Part shown: positions 33,950 through 37,178 of the stretch, in pieces
How the letters are laid out: every line of letters starts with the position of its first letter
Numbering within the stretch: position 1 is the first letter of the stretch
Translations under genes and position numbers: made by a program
Virus record (IMG/VR): IMGVR_UViG_3300000062_000013
Span: 1-37,178 of that record
Origin: a virus
Length of the DNA stretch: 37,178 nucleotides
Reading direction: 5' to 3' (one strand)
Notes under the pieces: generated by a model
Told to the model about the DNA's origin: nothing
Database searches by the model: none
What the model saw: only the letters and a program-made list of their open reading frames with translations

Positions 33950-34042
33950 ATGAGGCGTTGCAAGAACCGACCTGTTTTAAACGATTATATTAAAATCGAA
34001 CTTTACTATACCCTAATTCTAAATTGTCCCAAAACTTGAAAT
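33950..34042 (+). repeat. 93-nt element with conserved ends (copy 2)
   Basis: Begins ATGAGGCGTTGCAAGAACCGACCTGTTTT (33950..33978, 28/29 match to copy 1) and ends GTCCCAAAACTTGAAAT (34026..34042, 17/17). Total length is identical at 93 nt. Confidence 0.8.
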
Positions 34043-34085
34043 TTAAATTAATGGAAACAATTAAATAAAAATGGAAGTTAAATAA

Positions 34086-34622
34086 ATGACAGATGACGAA
34101 AAAACAATTTCATTTTCTGCAAACGGTTTAAAATCCGCTAGCGGAAAAGGCTTATTATATACCGAAACGCTCCGTTTTGAGATTTTAGGTATGGGTAGCC
34201 ATATTTTACAAGTGGACCAATACTCTAACAGTTTAAAATTATTAAAAACTGTGGAATTGTTGGAAAAAGAATATGAGCAGACGCTTTTATTAATTAATGA
34301 ATACCAAAAAGGAAATGACAGCGGCGAATTATTTGCAGCGGTTACCGAACTTGAAAAGAACGGCATTCTTTTAGCAAACGGTATTTTTGGCGAATCGACA
34401 GCAAACGAATTATGGAATTATTATCAGCAAGATATTTTAAGGTTTTTCGTTGTTACCGTATCGTTTTATCATGAGTATTTTATGCCTGCTGTTGCTCGTT
34501 GCGTTGAACGTTGGAAAACAAAAGCTTCCGACATTTACGGAATTGAAAACGATATTAAAGAATCGTATGAAGAAAGCTTATCGGCGTTGGATATATCAGA
34601 TGATGAGAATACACCGCTTTAA
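34086..34622 (+). CDS. Tail assembly chaperone (position-based)
   Basis: 178-aa acidic ORF between the major tail and tape-measure genes. Confidence 0.5.
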   Translation: MTDDEKTISFSANGLKSASGKGLLYTETLRFEILGMGSHILQVDQYSNSLKLLKTVELLEKEYEQTLLLINEYQKGNDSGELFAAVTELEKNGILLANGIFGESTANELWNYYQQDILRFFVVTVSFYHEYFMPAVARCVERWKTKASDIYGIENDIKESYEESLSALDISDDENTPL

Positions 34623-34643
34623 TAAAGTCCAGGAATAACGAAA

Positions 34644-35270
34644 ATGAGCGATATTTTAAAGCACGGAATTAAAGAAGAAATTTTATTTTACGGTCGCCCC
34701 TATACGCTTTATTTTTCTTTTAATCGGGTTTTAAATTCAATTTTCGTTATGAGTAACCCTGTTTTTTTGGAAGAAGATAAGATTAAAATTTCTTTTAATA
34801 ATTTGTTTAATTACAAAAGCGACAGCGAGAACCGTAAAAAAATAGACGAATTATCTTTTGATTTAAAAAAAATGTTTATCGCTTATGTTTTTGATATGTA
34901 TGTTAAAGAACAAGATGAAAAAACATATATTGTAAGTCCGGCTAATCCTATTTTTGATATTGAGCAGGACATTAAACTGGTATATGTTTCATTCGTTGAG
35001 GCTTACAATATCGATTTATCCAAAGAAAACGATAAACTTTCATGGCGAAAATTCCAAACGTTATTAAAAGAGTTACCGCCTGAATGTGCTTTGAATAGAA
35101 TTATTAAACAATATCGTCAAGCTAAGCCGCCGCGGGTGGAAGATTTTAAAAATTATGACGATTACGCCAATGCCCGCAATAATATAAAACGTTACGCAAT
35201 TAAATCGCCAGCTTACGATAAAGAGAAAATTAAATATATTCAAAGTGTAGTTCAGAAACGCCGTTTATAA
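34644..35270 (+). CDS. Gp15-like tail assembly protein (tentative)
   Basis: 208-aa ORF directly upstream of the tape measure. The N-terminal pattern ILFYGRPYTLYFSFNRVL resembles Phage_Gp15 as I recall it. Its TAA lies inside the palindrome at 35261..35277. Confidence 0.5.
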   Translation: MSDILKHGIKEEILFYGRPYTLYFSFNRVLNSIFVMSNPVFLEEDKIKISFNNLFNYKSDSENRKKIDELSFDLKKMFIAYVFDMYVKEQDEKTYIVSPANPIFDIEQDIKLVYVSFVEAYNIDLSKENDKLSWRKFQTLLKELPPECALNRIIKQYRQAKPPRVEDFKNYDDYANARNNIKRYAIKSPAYDKEKIKYIQSVVQKRRL

Positions 35271-35277
35271 TAAACGG
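35261..35277. repeat. Palindrome copy P13, CCGTTTATAATAAACGG
   Basis: Contains the TAA of the Gp15-like gene. Its right arm runs into the GGGAGG SD of the tape-measure gene. Confidence 0.95.
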
Positions 35278-35288
35278 GAGGTGTTTTT

Positions 35289-37178
35289 ATGAGTGATTCC
35301 GACGGAAAAGTAACAATTGAAGTTATAGCCGATAATAAAAAAGCGCTGAAAACAATTCAAGAAACCAAAGAAACATATAAGAAAGGCGGCGCCGATATCG
35401 AAAAAGATTTTTCTGCAAATCTAAAAGATGTAGAAAAATCTTTTGAATCGTTAGGCGAAGAAGCTAATGATTCAATGGATAAAATTAATAGCGGCGGCAA
35501 TGAATCGAGCGACAAACTTAATAAAGTGATGACAGGCGCAACGGTTGCAATCGGCGCCGCATTTGCAGCTATGGCAGCTGTTGCGGTTGCTGCTTTGGTT
35601 CAAATTTCCAAAGAAAGTTTAAAACTTTTTGTGTCTTATGATGACGCTTTGAGAGAAATGCAAACCGAAATTGATATGAGTACAGCGGAGGGCGTTGCTG
35701 ATTTTGAACAATTGAAAGACGCAATTAGAGAAGTCGGCGTAACTACAAAATTCACAGCTTCCGAAGCGGCAGACGCAATGAATATTTTGGTAAGCGCGGG
35801 GTATAGTGCTGCTGATAGCGTTTATATGTTAAATGAAGCGGCTAAAATGGCAACCATTACTAAAATGAGTTTAGCCGATACCGTTAATTTATTGGATAAT
35901 TCGATTACCGTTTTGGGTTTAGACGCTTCACAAACAGGCGGATTCATTGATAAATTAGCTAAAGCTTCTTTGGACGGTAAAGCGTCAATGAGCGAACTTA
36001 GCGAATCTTTGGAAGGCGTTGGAACATTAATGAGCTCCGCAAACCAAGATATAGATAAAATGACTGCCGCTTTCGCTTTGTTATCAAATGAAAACATAAA
36101 AGGCGCTGAAGCAGCAGGCACCATGAAAAATCTTATTATTGGATTACAAAAACCGACAACCGAAGCGGCAGACAGTTTGAAAAAATTGGGCGTATCCGTT
36201 TATAACACAGACGGAACAATGCGCGACGTTTTGGATATTATAACAGATTTAAATACGGCTACGGCAGACTTGGACGCGAAAAGTAAAGATGATATCTTCA
36301 ATAATTTATTTTCAAAAAGGGACGTAGTTGCCGTTCAAGGTTTAATGCGTCAGATTGATAAAGATAGCGGGCAACTTTATACAAATCTCGTTGAAAATTC
36401 GGAAGGAGCCGCCGCTGCAATGGCTGAAACGTTAGAGGGCGGCGTTGGTGGATTAATTCGGTCATTTAAAGGTATGGCGGAAGAAATGAAATTAACAATA
36501 GGTGAGCCGCTAGCGGATATTATGAATGATATTTTACCAATTGTAAAAGAAGCGTTTAGCGAAATAATGACAGCCGTTAAAGGTTTCTTTGAAGCGTTTA
36601 CACCCGAACAAATGGAAGCGCTTAAAAACGCTATCGGTTATATTGTTGAATATGCGAAAATCGCTATATTGCATTTGATTAATATTGCAACCGTAATAAT
36701 TCCGTTGTTGGCTGACGGTTTTGTTTTAATTATGCGTTTAATTTCTCCAATTTTAGATATCGGGTTAAAGATTTTTAAATTATTGTCTGTCGGTATCGTT
36801 GAAGCGTATAAATTAGTGGCTTCTGCTGTTCGTTTATGGTGGAAACAAGTAAATGATTTATATACAGTAGTCAAACCCGCTTTAACTTTTGTTTATGATA
36901 TGTTAAATGTTATTTTGGATGAAATGACAAAAATTTACGATGTCGGCAAAAGTGTTTTAAGCGCTTTGGGATATGAATTTAAAGAAACTGAAACTTCAAT
37001 ATCAGGCGTAACCGAAGAAATACAAAATGTTAAAAATGAATTAACAGCCCTTGACGGAACAACTGCGAACGTTACGGTTAATACCAATTATTCAAGTTCC
37101 GGCGGTGGTGGGGGCGGCGGCGGATTTTCTGGCGGTGGTGGGGGCGGTGGCTCCGGAAGTGGTAGCGGCGAAGTTATT
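35289..37178 (+). CDS. Tail tape measure protein, N-terminal 630 codons (open at window end; continues at base 80 after collapsing the terminal overlap)
   Basis: ATG at 35289 with GGGAGG SD. No stop through 37178 (1890 nt, exactly 630 codons). Ala-rich helical and hydrophobic segments are typical of tape measures. Not in the ORF track because it has no stop inside the window. Confidence 0.8.
   Translation, partial: MSDSDGKVTIEVIADNKKALKTIQETKETYKKGGADIEKDFSANLKDVEKSFESLGEEANDSMDKINSGGNESSDKLNKVMTGATVAIGAAFAAMAAVAVAALVQISKESLKLFVSYDDALREMQTEIDMSTAEGVADFEQLKDAIREVGVTTKFTASEAADAMNILVSAGYSAADSVYMLNEAAKMATITKMSLADTVNLLDNSITVLGLDASQTGGFIDKLAKASLDGKASMSELSESLEGVGTLMSSANQDIDKMTAAFALLSNENIKGAEAAGTMKNLIIGLQKPTTEAADSLKKLGVSVYNTDGTMRDVLDIITDLNTATADLDAKSKDDIFNNLFSKRDVVAVQGLMRQIDKDSGQLYTNLVENSEGAAAAMAETLEGGVGGLIRSFKGMAEEMKLTIGEPLADIMNDILPIVKEAFSEIMTAVKGFFEAFTPEQMEALKNAIGYIVEYAKIAILHLINIATVIIPLLADGFVLIMRLISPILDIGLKIFKLLSVGIVEAYKLVASAVRLWWKQVNDLYTVVKPALTFVYDMLNVILDEMTKIYDVGKSVLSALGYEFKETETSISGVTEEIQNVKNELTALDGTTANVTVNTNYSSSGGGGGGGGFSGGGGGGGSGSGSGEVI
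37100..37178. repeat. Terminal overlap, identical to 1..79
   Basis: See 1..79. Confidence 0.95.

Noticed and set aside
34450-34638. An overlapping +1/-1 frame ORF at the end of the chaperone gene, considered as a G/GT-type programmed frameshift.
   Set aside because: I found no XXXYYYZ slippery heptamer in the overlap. The alternative frame stops at 34638 and does not fuse to the next gene.
1-37178. Looked for integrase, CI/Cro-type repressor, ParA, reverse transcriptase, toxin-antitoxin pairs and known defence or anti-defence signatures.
   Set aside because: I recognised no corresponding motifs in any ORF. Absence by eye is weak evidence and needs profile searches.

Overview
The window is a complete tailed dsDNA phage genome of siphovirus-type organisation. 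Bases 1..79 are identical to 37100..37178, so the unique length is 37,099 bp, and the tape-measure gene runs in frame across that junction. The genome is AT-rich and most genes have clear Shine-Dalgarno sites, so I infer a low-GC, Firmicutes-like host.

Layout:
- Tail-tip and fibre genes, 2..7416 (+).
- A small-gene cluster ending in a Dam-type N6-adenine methyltransferase, 7633..9637 (+).
- A leftward replication/recombination module, 9754..21932 (-): family-B DNA polymerase, DUF669-like protein, ERF annealing protein, ParB-like protein, VRR-NUC, HNH, SNF2 helicase, prim-pol/D5-type helicase.
- A 1.1-kb ORF-free control region, 21933..23076, with TGTAAGG iterons.
- A compositionally distinct accessory cassette, 23077..24865, including a J-domain protein.
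- The rightward packaging-head-tail operon, 25108..37178 (+).

I saw no integrase, repressor, tRNA, CRISPR array or recognisable endolysin.

Main hunt results:
1. TAG appears only twice among the 50 stop positions I read. Both times it sits in frame inside what looks like one continuous structural gene: a minor-capsid/head-morphogenesis protein and a LamG tail fibre. This suggests TAG read-through or recoding limited to late genes.
2. A 15-17 bp perfect palindrome, (C)CGTTTAT[A/T]ATAAACG(G), occurs 13 times, mostly at cistron boundaries and three times inside ORFs.
3. Several other repeat families mark transcription-unit borders:
   - a triple AAATCAT heptad 28-mer upstream of two late gene blocks;
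   - two 93-nt elements with conserved ends;
   - an AT-rich ~26-bp motif at five borders;
   - a 17-bp inverted repeat flanking the J-domain cassette.
4. There is a G9 tract inside the methyltransferase gene.
5. A holin-family gene sits among the head-tail connector genes.

All protein calls come from motif recognition by eye and from gene order. No database search was run.
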